NCBI GenBank assembly: GCA_015056905.1 | Contig: SVFI01000002.1 | Coordinates: 68,758 to 132,757, forward strand | Source of the DNA: Lachnospiraceae bacterium | GTDB lineage: Bacteria; Bacillota; Clostridia; Lachnospirales; Lachnospiraceae | Length of the DNA stretch: 64,000 nt | Reading direction: 5' to 3' | Part shown: positions 15,947 to 25,832 of the stretch, in pieces | How positions within the stretch are numbered: the first letter of the stretch is position 1 | How the letters are laid out: every line of letters begins with the position of its first letter | Translations under genes and position numbers: made by a program | Notes under the pieces: generated by a model | Databases searched by the model: none | What the model was told of the DNA's origin: nothing | What the model saw: the letters and a program-made list of their open reading frames with translations, nothing else

Positions 15947-17626
15947 TTATCGGAATTTTACATAGTTTTTCTCTGAGCTGTACGAAATTACTTTCGCTCC
16001 GAGACGCTGCATCAATTCCACGTAATGCGGCGTTGAGTAATAGCTCGTAAGTCCCGTCTCTTTGTTTCTGTTTTCCATGAGCCAATCCGGTGCATCAAAG
16101 AATGCTTTGCTCGGCGCAATCGCCTCATAGAAATAATCCGGATAAGAACCGTTTCCGTGATGCGACATCTGCACGATGTCCGACTTCACATCTTCCGGAA
16201 ACTCACTCATGATCTCTTCCGCAAGAAGACGTCCCATTTCACTCCCCTGTGAAGGTTCAGTAATTTCCGCCGCCAGCAGTTCGTTGTTATCCGCCGTATC
16301 GGCAAGAAACAGCACACTCTTATTTTTCCCATACAGTTTAAACACCATGGAACCGTCATTCATAATATTACCGCTATGGGAAATCACGGTATCGTTGCAG
16401 GTGTGAAGAACTTTCATGCGCAGTCCGATGACATCAAGCTCATCGCCTGCACTAAGCCATTGTACGTTGTCGTGTCCCTCGAGTCCCATCAGCAGATATC
16501 CGTAGGTATCAGAGCGCTCCGCTCCCTCTGCCGACACAGCTTCGTAATCCATCTCACCGATGTAAATCTGCTTAATTTCAATCTCCGTCTTATCCCATTC
16601 CGCCGCAAGAACGGATGCAAGAACACCGCAGTGGTCATCATGCGGGTGCGTAATAATCCATGCATCGACTACACCGCCTCGCTTTTTAATCTCCTCAACA
16701 AGAGCCTCGCTCTGCCATGCACGTCCGCCATCCACAACAGCAAGTCCTCCCTGCCCGTCGGTGATGGTGTAACTTGTGCACTGATATCCGTTTACGTCTG
16801 CAAACTGCTGCATGGTATATACGCGTTCTCTCGTATATTTGTAAACCCGGTAATTTGGGGTCTGACCAATCATACGGATATCATAACGACTCGTATCTCC
16901 GGTCAGTTCCTGCCAGCTTCCGAGCACGAAATAGTCAAACTCCTTCTTATTCATCCCCTCAACGAGAGTATCCACAGGAACCTCTGCGTTCTCCATCGTC
17001 ATAAGCACGGAAACATCCTGGAAATTTGTATAATTAAAGTTTCCGAAGTTTTTGCGGACATACCAAAGCCCGATATTGGCATTGTACATGCGGATATCTT
17101 CATTGATTGGCTCCGTGATGACCGCGCGCGGAGACTCGATGCCCATACGATTCGGCTCGACCTTCGCATCCGGCGCAAGCCCTTCGAAATCCCTCATGAT
17201 AATTTCGCTGACCTCGATTGCTTCCTGACTGATTTTCTCGATATTTTCCGCCGTCTTATACTCTGTGTCGGTAAACACACTCTGCCCGCACAAAAACACC
17301 AAAAGCAAAAGCGGCAGAAGCAGCTTTTGTTTTTTATGGACAAACACGGCGAACGTATAGGCTGTCAAAAACGTCGTCATAAGAAGCCAGAAAAACCGCT
17401 CAAACACTTCCATATTTCCGGTTTTTTCAATAACAAAGAGCGATATCGGATTCAGCATCCCCACAAGTGCAATCACTACGTAGTACACGTAAAAACGCAT
17501 CTGACGGCTCTTCTCCTTTTTGATGAGCCAAAGCAAAAGTGCACATACAAAAAGAATGCCTATGGAGCCGGTACCGAAATACATATTGATTTTGTCTTTT
17601 AATTCAAACCAAATGTCCACAGACAT
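15947..17626 (-). CDS. Membrane-anchored protein with an extracytoplasmic metallo-beta-lactamase-fold domain
   Basis: 559 aa with about 4 N-terminal TM helices. The C-terminal MBL motif is WIITHPHDDHCG (HxHxDH), with later H/D ligands such as MSHHGNG. Confidence 0.75.
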   Translation of the reverse strand: MSVDIWFELKDKINMYFGTGSIGILFVCALLLWLIKKEKSRQMRFYVYYVVIALVGMLNPISLFVIEKTGNMEVFERFFWLLMTTFLTAYTFAVFVHKKQKLLLPLLLLVFLCGQSVFTDTEYKTAENIEKISQEAIEVSEIIMRDFEGLAPDAKVEPNRMGIESPRAVITEPINEDIRMYNANIGLWYVRKNFGNFNYTNFQDVSVLMTMENAEVPVDTLVEGMNKKEFDYFVLGSWQELTGDTSRYDIRMIGQTPNYRVYKYTRERVYTMQQFADVNGYQCTSYTITDGQGGLAVVDGGRAWQSEALVEEIKKRGGVVDAWIITHPHDDHCGVLASVLAAEWDKTEIEIKQIYIGEMDYEAVSAEGAERSDTYGYLLMGLEGHDNVQWLSAGDELDVIGLRMKVLHTCNDTVISHSGNIMNDGSMVFKLYGKNKSVLFLADTADNNELLAAEITEPSQGSEMGRLLAEEIMSEFPEDVKSDIVQMSHHGNGSYPDYFYEAIAPSKAFFDAPDWLMENRNKETGLTSYYSTPHYVELMQRLGAKVISYSSEKNYVKFR

Positions 17627-17632
17627 CCTCCT

Positions 17633-18700
17633 TTACATCAAATATATGCCAAACAGCATCATTTCCGGCACACAGCACAGTATCGCCGGAATCATTTTTT
17701 TCCAGTTTTTATTCACAAGACAGGCTGCCAGCGTCTGGCAACCGAGCATAAACGGTCCTAAAAACAGCCCCGTCTCACCCATAAACGTACAGGCCAGGAG
17801 AACACACGCCACCAAAACCCAGGATTTCAGCCGCTCCCATTTCCCGTCTTTTCGTTTCTCCGAAAAAAGCGCTTCCTGACCGCTCATCCACAGCATCGGA
17901 ATCCCGATCGCCACAAACAGTGCTTTTCCCTGCCAGATACGCGTCACCAGGAAATTTTCCGGACTGAACACGAAATAATTGCCGACCATATGGAGAAGCG
18001 CAAAAGCGAACAAAAATTTTCCCTGCGCACCTATCATTCCTTCTTTTTCAAGAAATCTTTTCCCGAGCCCATAAAAAAGTCCGTATGCCAAAGGCATATA
18101 AAACAGAGGAAACAGATTGTGTGAAATCACAAGATGATGCATCCCCGAAAAGAGGGAGAGCATCGCCTGATAGACCGGCAGTGCCGATACCATGTAGCGC
18201 CTGCTGATTCCGCTTGCCATAAGTCCGCCGTACGCATCACGCTCCAAAAGCCAGTCGTAAGAAAGACTCATGGAGGATAATCCGGAATAGAACGCATCAT
18301 CCTTATCCGGCGTCGCCATATACAAAATCGCGCCTATCTGAACGGCAATGAGCAAAAACGCTGCCATCATATAGCCGTCCGGCCTGCCCGGAAGATAGTG
18401 TCTAAAACCTTTTTTCGGACTCTTTTTCCATGCAAAAAGCAGACGGATAAGTCCTGCAGCTGCAAGAGGAAGCACAAGCGCCAGATACGCGTTACTGACT
18501 GCGCGAAATCCCTTTCCCATCTGTCCGAGCCAAAAAACAAGCAACTCAAAAAGCGCATAAGATACCATCAGACCGGAAGCAGTCACATAAAACACTCCCG
18601 TCCGATTTATCTGCTCCTTCTTTCCGAAAAACAGACATCCTATCAGATACGGAATCACACACATATGAACAAAAACCAAAATACTCTGCAGTATTACCAT
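17633..18700 (-). CDS. Polytopic membrane protein, GT-C-like candidate (function unknown)
   Basis: 355 aa with 9 or more hydrophobic helices. An acidic first-loop segment reads ATPDKDDAFYSG. Its architecture resembles the 19563-20552 product. Confidence 0.55.
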   Translation of the reverse strand: MVILQSILVFVHMCVIPYLIGCLFFGKKEQINRTGVFYVTASGLMVSYALFELLVFWLGQMGKGFRAVSNAYLALVLPLAAAGLIRLLFAWKKSPKKGFRHYLPGRPDGYMMAAFLLIAVQIGAILYMATPDKDDAFYSGLSSMSLSYDWLLERDAYGGLMASGISRRYMVSALPVYQAMLSLFSGMHHLVISHNLFPLFYMPLAYGLFYGLGKRFLEKEGMIGAQGKFLFAFALLHMVGNYFVFSPENFLVTRIWQGKALFVAIGIPMLWMSGQEALFSEKRKDGKWERLKSWVLVACVLLACTFMGETGLFLGPFMLGCQTLAACLVNKNWKKMIPAILCCVPEMMLFGIYLM

Positions 18701-18705
18701 GCTGT

Positions 18706-19572
18706 TTATCCTTCCTGTTTATAAAACAAAAGCATTGTCTCCGTTCTTCCCACCGGTTCATAACCGAGCGCGGAAAATCGCGAGACAGCATCAAACCCGT
18801 CCTCGCCGAAATATGTCTCAAAATCTTCAAACTGCTTTGCCGGATCATACAAAATCACATATTCGCATCCGGTTTCCGGAAACAAATACGGAAGCCCCGC
18901 CAGCGCATCCAGCTGGTCTCCGATATTGATTGATGTCCCGTTGTCCACATCGTATCTTGCATATCCCTGATGCATTGTCTGCAGAGCCTGGCTGTAACGC
19001 TCCGGATTTTCTTTCATATCTTTACCGTAAATCGGAGTAAAATCATCATCATAAAGACGGCATTTCGCCATCATCTCATCCATACCCCAAATGCGAACAT
19101 CCTCGTCGCCGCGTCCCTTTGCATGATCCAAAATCAAATCAAACGCTTCTGCCTCCCGGCGACTGCTCTCCGCCGCCCATTCCGGCGTAACCGTCGGAAC
19201 ATACGCAAAATCTCCGGCTGCGACAAGCAGTACAAAAAACGCAACCAACAAGACAATACCTCGCCGTTTTCCTTCTTTTTCTGCCATTTGAACAGCCACG
19301 GTCCCCGCCAGAACCAAAATCGGTACAACGAGCTGTGCATAACTGATTTCGTAGTACGTCGCAAGTGCCGGAAATCGTTCTGCCGTCAAAGCATATGTCA
19401 GCGGGCAGAGGAACACAAGGTAGGAAACGATTCCGTAGACTGCCGTAAACAAAAGTTTCTTTCCGCTTTGCTCATTTTTCATCCGGCAGCATACAAAAAG
19501 AAAAAAGACAGCGACCAGAAATATGCCCCAGTATTTATCTTCCATCTTCATAAAAAGCAGAGTTATGTCCAT
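18706..19572 (-). CDS. Membrane protein with a C-terminal soluble (probably extracytoplasmic) domain, function unknown
   Basis: The preferred start is ATG 19572 (MDITLLF...), with GAGGAGG 8 nt upstream. The longer ORF-track N-terminus overlaps the upstream gene by about 175 nt. The protein has 4-5 helices followed by a soluble domain of about 150 aa. Confidence 0.55.
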   Translation of the reverse strand: MDITLLFMKMEDKYWGIFLVAVFFLFVCCRMKNEQSGKKLLFTAVYGIVSYLVFLCPLTYALTAERFPALATYYEISYAQLVVPILVLAGTVAVQMAEKEGKRRGIVLLVAFFVLLVAAGDFAYVPTVTPEWAAESSRREAEAFDLILDHAKGRGDEDVRIWGMDEMMAKCRLYDDDFTPIYGKDMKENPERYSQALQTMHQGYARYDVDNGTSINIGDQLDALAGLPYLFPETGCEYVILYDPAKQFEDFETYFGEDGFDAVSRFSALGYEPVGRTETMLLFYKQEG

Positions 19573-20552
19573 GTCGACTTCCTCCTCTCTGCCACAGTAA
19601 AAATCAGCTTCGTCAGCACAAGGCAAACGACTGCCACCGCAAAAATCACGCCGCATTTTACCAGACCGCCAAGACACAGCGCATTTACGACCACAAGTGC
19701 AGTCACAAACCAATTCGCGCGTGAAACAACACTCCATGCTGCCAGCGGAATCAGAACACTCGAGAACACCGTCATCGCTTCATACGGATACTGTAACAAC
19801 CCGTAAGAGGTGTTCATATAAGCGGCATTTCCGCAAATCGTAACAAGAGCAAACAGCAAAAGTGCCGTCCCTCTCATTTTTTTCTCGTTTCCGAAAAACG
19901 CATCCGCCCAGAGGGCAATCACACAAAATGCCTGCAAAAGCACAAGAAACGGAATGACGTCAAACAGTACTGCTGCCGGTGTCAGTCCCGTCCATTTGCA
20001 CAGACAGGCATAAAAAAGAGGAAGATAGTCCGTGCTCAGCGTCTGCTCGACGTCCGTCACCGCACTTTCCCCCGTCCATATATTCACATCAGACAAACGC
20101 CCGCTGTCAAGCATCGTCACAACGCGCTCCGGCGTATCAAATCCAAGCTCCATCGGGAACGGCCGCATCACGTAAATGCACGCCACCAAAAGGAAGGCAC
20201 ACATGACACAAAGCTCCGCTTTGCCCGGTTTCTTCAGGCACTTGGCAAACTGCACCTTTACATAAGCACGATACCCGCGCCACAGGGCAAATGCCACGGC
20301 ACAAGCCAGAAGAAGCGCAACGCTCATCATCAACATGAGTTTCGCAGACTTCTCAAACAAAACCCCCGCATAGTTGCACACAAACGAAAGCATTCCAATC
20401 AATGCCCCGTACAAAAGGCATCCGTAGAGATATGTCTCTCTCAGCGTCCTTTTGTCTTTCCCTGCTCTCAAGCCCGCACCCGGCAGACTTCCGACAAGCA
20501 CCGGAAAAACAATCGATATGCAAATCAAAAGCACAATTTTTATACTCTCCAT
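19563..20552 (-). CDS. Polytopic membrane protein, GT-C-like candidate (function unknown)
   Basis: 329 aa with about 9 helices. The loop segment is RPFPMELGFDTPERV. It appears to be a paralogue of the 17633-18700 product. Confidence 0.55.
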   Translation of the reverse strand: MESIKIVLLICISIVFPVLVGSLPGAGLRAGKDKRTLRETYLYGCLLYGALIGMLSFVCNYAGVLFEKSAKLMLMMSVALLLACAVAFALWRGYRAYVKVQFAKCLKKPGKAELCVMCAFLLVACIYVMRPFPMELGFDTPERVVTMLDSGRLSDVNIWTGESAVTDVEQTLSTDYLPLFYACLCKWTGLTPAAVLFDVIPFLVLLQAFCVIALWADAFFGNEKKMRGTALLLFALVTICGNAAYMNTSYGLLQYPYEAMTVFSSVLIPLAAWSVVSRANWFVTALVVVNALCLGGLVKCGVIFAVAVVCLVLTKLIFTVAERRKSTWT

Positions 20553-20556
20553 GCAG

Positions 20557-22305
20557 TTACCTTTCTCTTGTATACACTGTCACTGCCGGCTCCATCACAG
20601 CCGCATCGACATCAAAGTATGTTTCCATAAATGATTTCATCGGCTCTGTCGTAAGAACCTGCGAAAAATCCGCGCCGTACTCCCTGTCCACAAAGACAAC
20701 CGTAGGAATCCGCTCCGGATTCTTCTCATAGTAATACACCAGTTGTTCTCCGAACGCCGGCGTCGAAATCGTATTACCCGTAGCTATGCCGGATTGTTCC
20801 AACTGACTGTACAAATACATGTCTGCGCCGACATAAAGGAGCATATCCCCATCTTTTACGTACTTGTCAACAAGCCCCGTTTTGGCTTCATACTGAATAT
20901 AGTCAAAATCACCAAGTCGAATCCCTTTCAGGACATCGTGTGTCACTTCATAATACGGTTCGAAAATGTTCTTTTTGCGGGTGGATGTAAAACGCACCAG
21001 GAAGATTCTTGCCACGAGAAGCTGGGACATGATGCACACGAGCAGCAAAATTGCCATCCACGCATAGGAACGTCTTTTCCCGGCGCCGCTTTCCTTCTTT
21101 TGTGTCTCCTTCGGCTCTTCCATGTCACGCGCATACACACGATAAATCTGCCACGTCCCAAGTATTACCCCCGGCATAAAATAGCTCATGGAATACGAGG
21201 TCAGCACATTGGAAGAAACCATAATCGCAAACACACTGACTACCGTCAGCGGAAAGCACACTTCAAAAAATAACGTATCCGTCTTATCCTTCGGAAAGGA
21301 TGCATACGCATACCACTCGACAACAAAAAGTTGCAGTATTACCGGATAAAAAATCATAAAATTCACATCGGAAATTGTGTGAAACTGATAAATCGCATAT
21401 ACTGCCGTCACAAGCAACAACACGCCCAAAAACAACGCATCTGTCTTTTTCTTTTTACAAAATACCGGACGACCCACATGGCAGAGCACAATGAGCGCCA
21501 GCACAAGATACAACATCTCCCAAATACCTTTCAGATGCACAAGAAGATGAGCTGCCATATCCTGGTCATGCGATGCATCCATCAAAATCGCCGATATATT
21601 TTCAAAAATTCCGATTCCACCGCCCGAAATAAGTAGATAACCAACAAACAAAACACCGCAGGCAGCACATATTCCCGCAAAGATTGCTGCGGCCTTTTTG
21701 CCGAAATCATCTTTTCTGAATAACATCCACAGCACCGCGTAGACAAACAACATCACTGCGCTCGGATAGCAGAGTACAATGACACTCATACTGATTCCCG
21801 CCCCAATCATCCATCCTGTTTTCCGCTTTTTTGCAAAGCGAAGCAGGCAAAGCATAAGGCTCATAAAAGCCCAGTAAAACAAAATCGAAAATTCCGGTGA
21901 CTGTATGTGTTTCGGTGTGAAATTAAAGTAGGCAAACGAGAGCGTCATCGCAAGCCACGCAGGCATATGCGACCGAATCGTACGATACAAAAACAGACTG
22001 ACTCTCGTCTGCACAACCAGTCCGCAGATGCGCATAAAAACAAGAGCACCCTCCATCGAACCGGTGATGCCCTTATAACATGCGACCAGCGGCGCATATA
22101 AAACGGCAGACATCTGATGCGGCTCCCACATCTCAAGCAGCATACGGTCGCCCGAAGCGATTCTCACTGCCATCGTAAGTGCGTAAGACTCATCGATATC
22201 TGCGCTAAAATATATGGTTTTCCAAATCCCAATAACAGACAGAACACTAAGCACAACAAACAACATACCTGTCAAAAGGGATTTTCTGCTTTTTTCCTTC
22301 TGCAT
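20557..22305 (-). CDS. Large polytopic GT-C-type (ArnT/PMT-like) glycosyltransferase candidate with a C-terminal soluble domain
   Basis: 582 aa. The first-loop acidic motif is SADIDESYAL, followed by about 11 helices. The soluble C-terminal domain of about 150 aa begins RKKNIFEPYYEV... Confidence 0.6.
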   Translation of the reverse strand: MQKEKSRKSLLTGMLFVVLSVLSVIGIWKTIYFSADIDESYALTMAVRIASGDRMLLEMWEPHQMSAVLYAPLVACYKGITGSMEGALVFMRICGLVVQTRVSLFLYRTIRSHMPAWLAMTLSFAYFNFTPKHIQSPEFSILFYWAFMSLMLCLLRFAKKRKTGWMIGAGISMSVIVLCYPSAVMLFVYAVLWMLFRKDDFGKKAAAIFAGICAACGVLFVGYLLISGGGIGIFENISAILMDASHDQDMAAHLLVHLKGIWEMLYLVLALIVLCHVGRPVFCKKKKTDALFLGVLLLVTAVYAIYQFHTISDVNFMIFYPVILQLFVVEWYAYASFPKDKTDTLFFEVCFPLTVVSVFAIMVSSNVLTSYSMSYFMPGVILGTWQIYRVYARDMEEPKETQKKESGAGKRRSYAWMAILLLVCIMSQLLVARIFLVRFTSTRKKNIFEPYYEVTHDVLKGIRLGDFDYIQYEAKTGLVDKYVKDGDMLLYVGADMYLYSQLEQSGIATGNTISTPAFGEQLVYYYEKNPERIPTVVFVDREYGADFSQVLTTEPMKSFMETYFDVDAAVMEPAVTVYTRER

Positions 22306-22331
22306 ACTGATACTACTCCTGCAACGAAATC

Positions 22332-23615
22332 TTAATAATCCATGTAGCTGACATTGTAGTCCACAAGCGTGCTGATTCCGTCAATCTTGCCTGCCGAGGT
22401 GTATTGCCACATATCATATTCTCCTTCGTACGTCGGCTGACTTGAATACTGTGCCAGCCAAGTAGAATACGAAGACAACTGCTCCGTATCCAGATTATTT
22501 TCAAGCCAGCTTTTACTTGCATAAACGCCGGCGGTATAACCCGCATTTTCAATCGTCTCACAAAACGCTTTACAAACTGCGGTTCTCGTCTCTTTATCAA
22601 GAGCATCCGCACGACCGTTTCCGCCTGCACCTTCCGTATCGATAAAAATCGGAAAAGAAAGCTGATGCTGATTACCGAGCATGAGTACCATACTCGCCTC
22701 CTCCACCGCTTCAATCGGCGTAACCGCCTGCGTAAAGAAGTACAATCCAACGCGCACTCCCGCTTCCGCTGCCCCCTTGATATTTTTTTCAAAATAAGGG
22801 TCTTCGACAAGCGCCCCCGTCTTTGAACCTCGATAACCGCAGCGGATAATCGCAAATTCCACACCTGCTGCCTTTACTTTTTTCCAATCAATATCTTTAT
22901 TCCACTTTGATACATCAATACCGAACACGGTAGCTCCGTCCGCAAGACGCAGATTCGTCTCCGTTCCGTCCGCATCCAGTTCCGCCTCATTGACCGCTGT
23001 ATCCTCGACCGTCGGATCAATCTCATCCTCCGATACAATCAGGAACGAAATATCATCGAGCACTGTGTAGGAAATCTCATCCGAAACAGATACCGTAATA
23101 CCCTCTTCCGGTACTTCATATCCTGCGAGCGGTTTTAGGGAAACTTCATAGTCCCCACTCTCCATATCTGTAAGATATAACATTCCGTCTTTATCTTCAT
23201 CCTTGTACGTCCGGCGTATCTCTTGTCCGTCCTTGGTCATCCGGAACTTAAATTCCTGCCCTTTGACCGCATTGCCGTTTCCGTCCACGACATGCACCCT
23301 GATATCCTTCTGCGTGGTAGACACAAGAAGCGAGAGGACAGATGAATCCTCCGGTTCTTCCTCTTTTTCTTTGTCAAAAAAATCATCGTCACCCAAAAAC
23401 GCATAAGGGTCCGTATATGGGTCAAGCTCATATTTTTCATCGAAAGCCGATATCGGTTGCTCTATGTTGTTTTCCGGTTGCGTCTGCATCGTCTCCGCCG
23501 GCTGCTTTTGCTTATTTCCGCCATCTTTTTGATTAACGAGAAGCACAAGCCCCAGCACCATACAAACAATCACTGAGACGCAAGCAATTACCTGAAGCCT
23601 TAGTTTAGAGTCCAT
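22332..23615 (-). CDS. Membrane-anchored GH25 muramidase (lysozyme) with a central beta-sandwich domain
   Basis: It has an N-terminal TM segment ([19 protein letters not shown]). GH25 blocks are [47 protein letters not shown] and WQYTS. The start overlaps the rfbA stop by 11 nt. Confidence 0.85.
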   Translation of the reverse strand: MDSKLRLQVIACVSVIVCMVLGLVLLVNQKDGGNKQKQPAETMQTQPENNIEQPISAFDEKYELDPYTDPYAFLGDDDFFDKEKEEEPEDSSVLSLLVSTTQKDIRVHVVDGNGNAVKGQEFKFRMTKDGQEIRRTYKDEDKDGMLYLTDMESGDYEVSLKPLAGYEVPEEGITVSVSDEISYTVLDDISFLIVSEDEIDPTVEDTAVNEAELDADGTETNLRLADGATVFGIDVSKWNKDIDWKKVKAAGVEFAIIRCGYRGSKTGALVEDPYFEKNIKGAAEAGVRVGLYFFTQAVTPIEAVEEASMVLMLGNQHQLSFPIFIDTEGAGGNGRADALDKETRTAVCKAFCETIENAGYTAGVYASKSWLENNLDTEQLSSYSTWLAQYSSQPTYEGEYDMWQYTSAGKIDGISTLVDYNVSYMDY

Positions 23616-24483
23616 TTGCTACCTCTACGAGATATTTTCCGTAATCTGTTTTCATAAGCGGCTCTGCCAGCTTAAGAAGCTGTTCCTTTGTGATAAAGCC
23701 TCTTTTATACGCAATTTCTTCGATGCAGGAAATATACAATCCCTGTCTCTTCTGGAACGCTGCCACGAAATCCGCCGCATCGAGAAGCGAGTCGTGATTT
23801 CCGGTATCAAGCCATGCAAAACCGCGTCCGAGCGTCTCCACATTTAATGTCCCACGGCGCAGATATTCGTTGTTGATACTTGTAATTTCAATTTCTCCGC
23901 GCGCTGACGGTTTGACATTGGCGGCAATTTCCACCACATCATTATCATAAAAATAAAGTCCCGGCACCGCATAATTACTCTTCGGATGCTCCGGTTTCTC
24001 TTCGATAGACAACGCCTTTCCGTTCTCGTCAAATTCGACCACACCATACTCTTTCGGGTCTCTTACATAGTACCCAAAAATCGTCGCGCCGTTTTCTTTC
24101 TCGATGCGCTCAGCCGTCTGGCGAAGTACTTTAGAAAAGCTCTGTCCGTAGAAAATATTGTCGCCGAGCACAAGCGCTACGCTGTCATCTCCGATAAAGT
24201 CCGCACCGATAATAAACGCGTCCGCAAGACCTCTCGGCTGTTCCTGCACCGCATAACTGAATTTCATTCCCAGCTGTTCTCCCGTCCCGAACAGTTCTTC
24301 AAATGTCGGAAGATCACGCGGAGTTGAGATGATAAGAACCTCTCGAATACCTGCAAGCATCAGTGTAGAAAGCGGATAATAAATCATCGGCTTATCATAC
24401 ACCGGCATAATCTGTTTTGAAATTGCTTTGGTAAGCGGATACAGTCTTGTACCGGAACCGCCTGCTAAAATAATACCTTTCAT
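23605..24483 (-). CDS. rfbA: Glucose-1-phosphate thymidylyltransferase
   Basis: The sequence [18 protein letters not shown]... is RmlA-like throughout. The start is ATG 24483 with GGAGG 5 nt upstream. Confidence 0.95.
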   Translation of the reverse strand: MKGIILAGGSGTRLYPLTKAISKQIMPVYDKPMIYYPLSTLMLAGIREVLIISTPRDLPTFEELFGTGEQLGMKFSYAVQEQPRGLADAFIIGADFIGDDSVALVLGDNIFYGQSFSKVLRQTAERIEKENGATIFGYYVRDPKEYGVVEFDENGKALSIEEKPEHPKSNYAVPGLYFYDNDVVEIAANVKPSARGEIEITSINNEYLRRGTLNVETLGRGFAWLDTGNHDSLLDAADFVAAFQKRQGLYISCIEEIAYKRGFITKEQLLKLAEPLMKTDYGKYLVEVANGL

Positions 24484-24555
24484 ATTTACCTCCATGACGC
24501 ACATAGGAAGAAGACCCTGACATTACCTGCCAAGCCTTCTTCCCGCCTTGTTTTC

Positions 24556-25638
24556 TTAGTTTTGATACATTTCGTTATAATACTTCTGATAGTCACCGCT
24601 TGTGACATTCTTCATCCAGTCTTCATGCTCAAAAAACCACTGGATGGTCTTACGGATACCTTCTTTGAACATTGTCTCCGGTTCCCAGCCGATTTCCGCC
24701 TTGATTTTGTCAGGAGCAATCGCATAACGTCTGTCATGACCTTTACGGTCTTCCACATACGTGATAAGCTCCTCCGTCACATGCGCCTTGCGCGGGTCGG
24801 AATCCGGAAGCATCTCCTGTAATGTGTCGAGAATGATATGGATAATTTCGATATTCTGCTTTTCATTATGTCCGCCGACGTTGTATGTCTCAAACAGACG
24901 TCCCTGTTCCTGTACCATATCAATTGCCTTTGCGTGGTCTTCCACAAAGAGCCAGTCACGCACATTCTTGCCGTCTCCGTATACCGGAAGCTTCTTGCCC
25001 TGCAGCGCATTGTTGATGATGAGCGGAATCAGTTTCTCCGGGAACTGATACGGTCCGTAGTTGTTGGAACAGTTCGTGATGTTCGCCGGGAATTTGTATG
25101 TGTCCATATATGCTTTTACAAGCATGTCCGAACTTGCCTTACTCGCCGAGTACGGGCTATGCGGATCATATGGTGTTGTCTCATAGAAAAATGCATTCTC
25201 ATCCTCCGGAAGAGAACCATACACCTCATCTGTGGAAACATGTAAGAACTTCTTGCCCTCTTTGAATGTTCCGTCCGGAAGTTCCCACGCTGCCTTTGCA
25301 CAGTTGAGCATAACCGCTGTTCCGAGAACGTTCGTCTGCACGAACACTTCCGGGTTGCGGATACTTCTGTCCACATGACTCTCCGCCGCAAAATGAACCA
25401 CGCGGTCAATATCGTTCTCTGCAAAAATCTTGGCAATCGCTTCTTTATCGCAGATGTCTGCTTTGACAAATGTGTAATTGTCTCTGCCTTCCACCTCTTT
25501 CAGGTTCTCGAGATTACCCGCATATGTGAGCGCATCCACATTGATAATGCGGATTTCGTTGTCATACTTCTTAAACATGTAATGAATGTAGTTCGAACCG
25601 ATAAAGCCGGCTCCGCCTGTTACAAGATATGTTCTCAT
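24556..25638 (-). CDS. rfbB: dTDP-glucose 4,6-dehydratase
   Basis: Motifs are MRTYLVTGGAGFIGSNY and YSASKASSD (YxxxK). The start is ATG 25638 with an AGGAGG RBS. The 58-codon N-terminal extension in the ORF track runs through the promoter region and is rejected. Confidence 0.95.
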   Translation of the reverse strand: MRTYLVTGGAGFIGSNYIHYMFKKYDNEIRIINVDALTYAGNLENLKEVEGRDNYTFVKADICDKEAIAKIFAENDIDRVVHFAAESHVDRSIRNPEVFVQTNVLGTAVMLNCAKAAWELPDGTFKEGKKFLHVSTDEVYGSLPEDENAFFYETTPYDPHSPYSASKASSDMLVKAYMDTYKFPANITNCSNNYGPYQFPEKLIPLIINNALQGKKLPVYGDGKNVRDWLFVEDHAKAIDMVQEQGRLFETYNVGGHNEKQNIEIIHIILDTLQEMLPDSDPRKAHVTEELITYVEDRKGHDRRYAIAPDKIKAEIGWEPETMFKEGIRKTIQWFFEHEDWMKNVTSGDYQKYYNEMYQN

Positions 25639-25663
25639 ATCCTTGTCCTCCTGATTAATACAC

Positions 25664-25692
25664 ATAATATATTTCATTTTAATACATTTCAA
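25664..25692 (-). promoter_or_regulatory. Candidate sigma-A promoter of the rfbB-led ~25-kb co-directional gene array
   Basis: On the minus strand the sequence reads TTGAAA (25692-25687) - 17 nt - TATTAT (25669-25664), about 25 nt upstream of the rfbB ATG. The region is AT-rich. Confidence 0.4.
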
Positions 25693-25832
25693 CAAATTTT
25701 GCATTATATTTTTTTGATATGTGTTTATAGTCTTCTTTGGACGGTTATATTTATCGGAACCGCGGACACGCTCTCGCTCTGTGAAAAACGCAGAACAAAA
25801 ATCATGATGCAAAATTTGTCGATTCGTATTTC

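Noticed and set aside
16376-17602. 408-aa plus-strand ORF, the longest unassigned ORF in the track
   Set aside because: It lies entirely antisense to the MBL membrane-protein gene, which has clear HxHxDH and TM features. The product has no motifs and an odd composition, so it is a typical shadow ORF of a codon-biased gene.
18970-19806. 278-aa plus-strand ORF, and similar long antisense ORFs at 20743-21273, 31025-31834, 32769-33410, 39334-40092, 40160-40759, 46967-47515, 50313-50927 and 61475-61954
   Set aside because: Each is fully nested antisense to a gene with strong family motifs or membrane topology. None has an RBS, and all have an Arg/His/Cys-rich shadow composition.
22313-22864. 183-aa minus-strand ORF in a second frame inside the GH25 gene
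   Set aside because: It is same-strand and out of frame with a gene whose GH25 blocks are continuous. The product is Arg-rich nonsense, and there is no frameshift signature such as a homopolymer at the boundary.
24484-24555. Hairpin ggaagaag...cttcttcc between rfbB and rfbA as a possible terminator or attenuator
   Set aside because: The stem is only 8 bp with a 22-nt loop and no following U-tract on the transcribed strand. It is most simply an intercistronic spacer.
25639-25812. N-terminal extensions in the ORF track (rfbB to 25812, tarI-like to 40846, rfbA to 24504, pgm to 9719, TagB-like to 48926, membrane protein to 19737, pyruvyl transferase from 40865)
   Set aside because: The internal ATGs coincide with the conserved family N-termini and have AGGAGG-type RBSs. 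The extensions run through promoter-like AT-rich DNA or overlap the upstream gene, and several begin with non-ATG codons.
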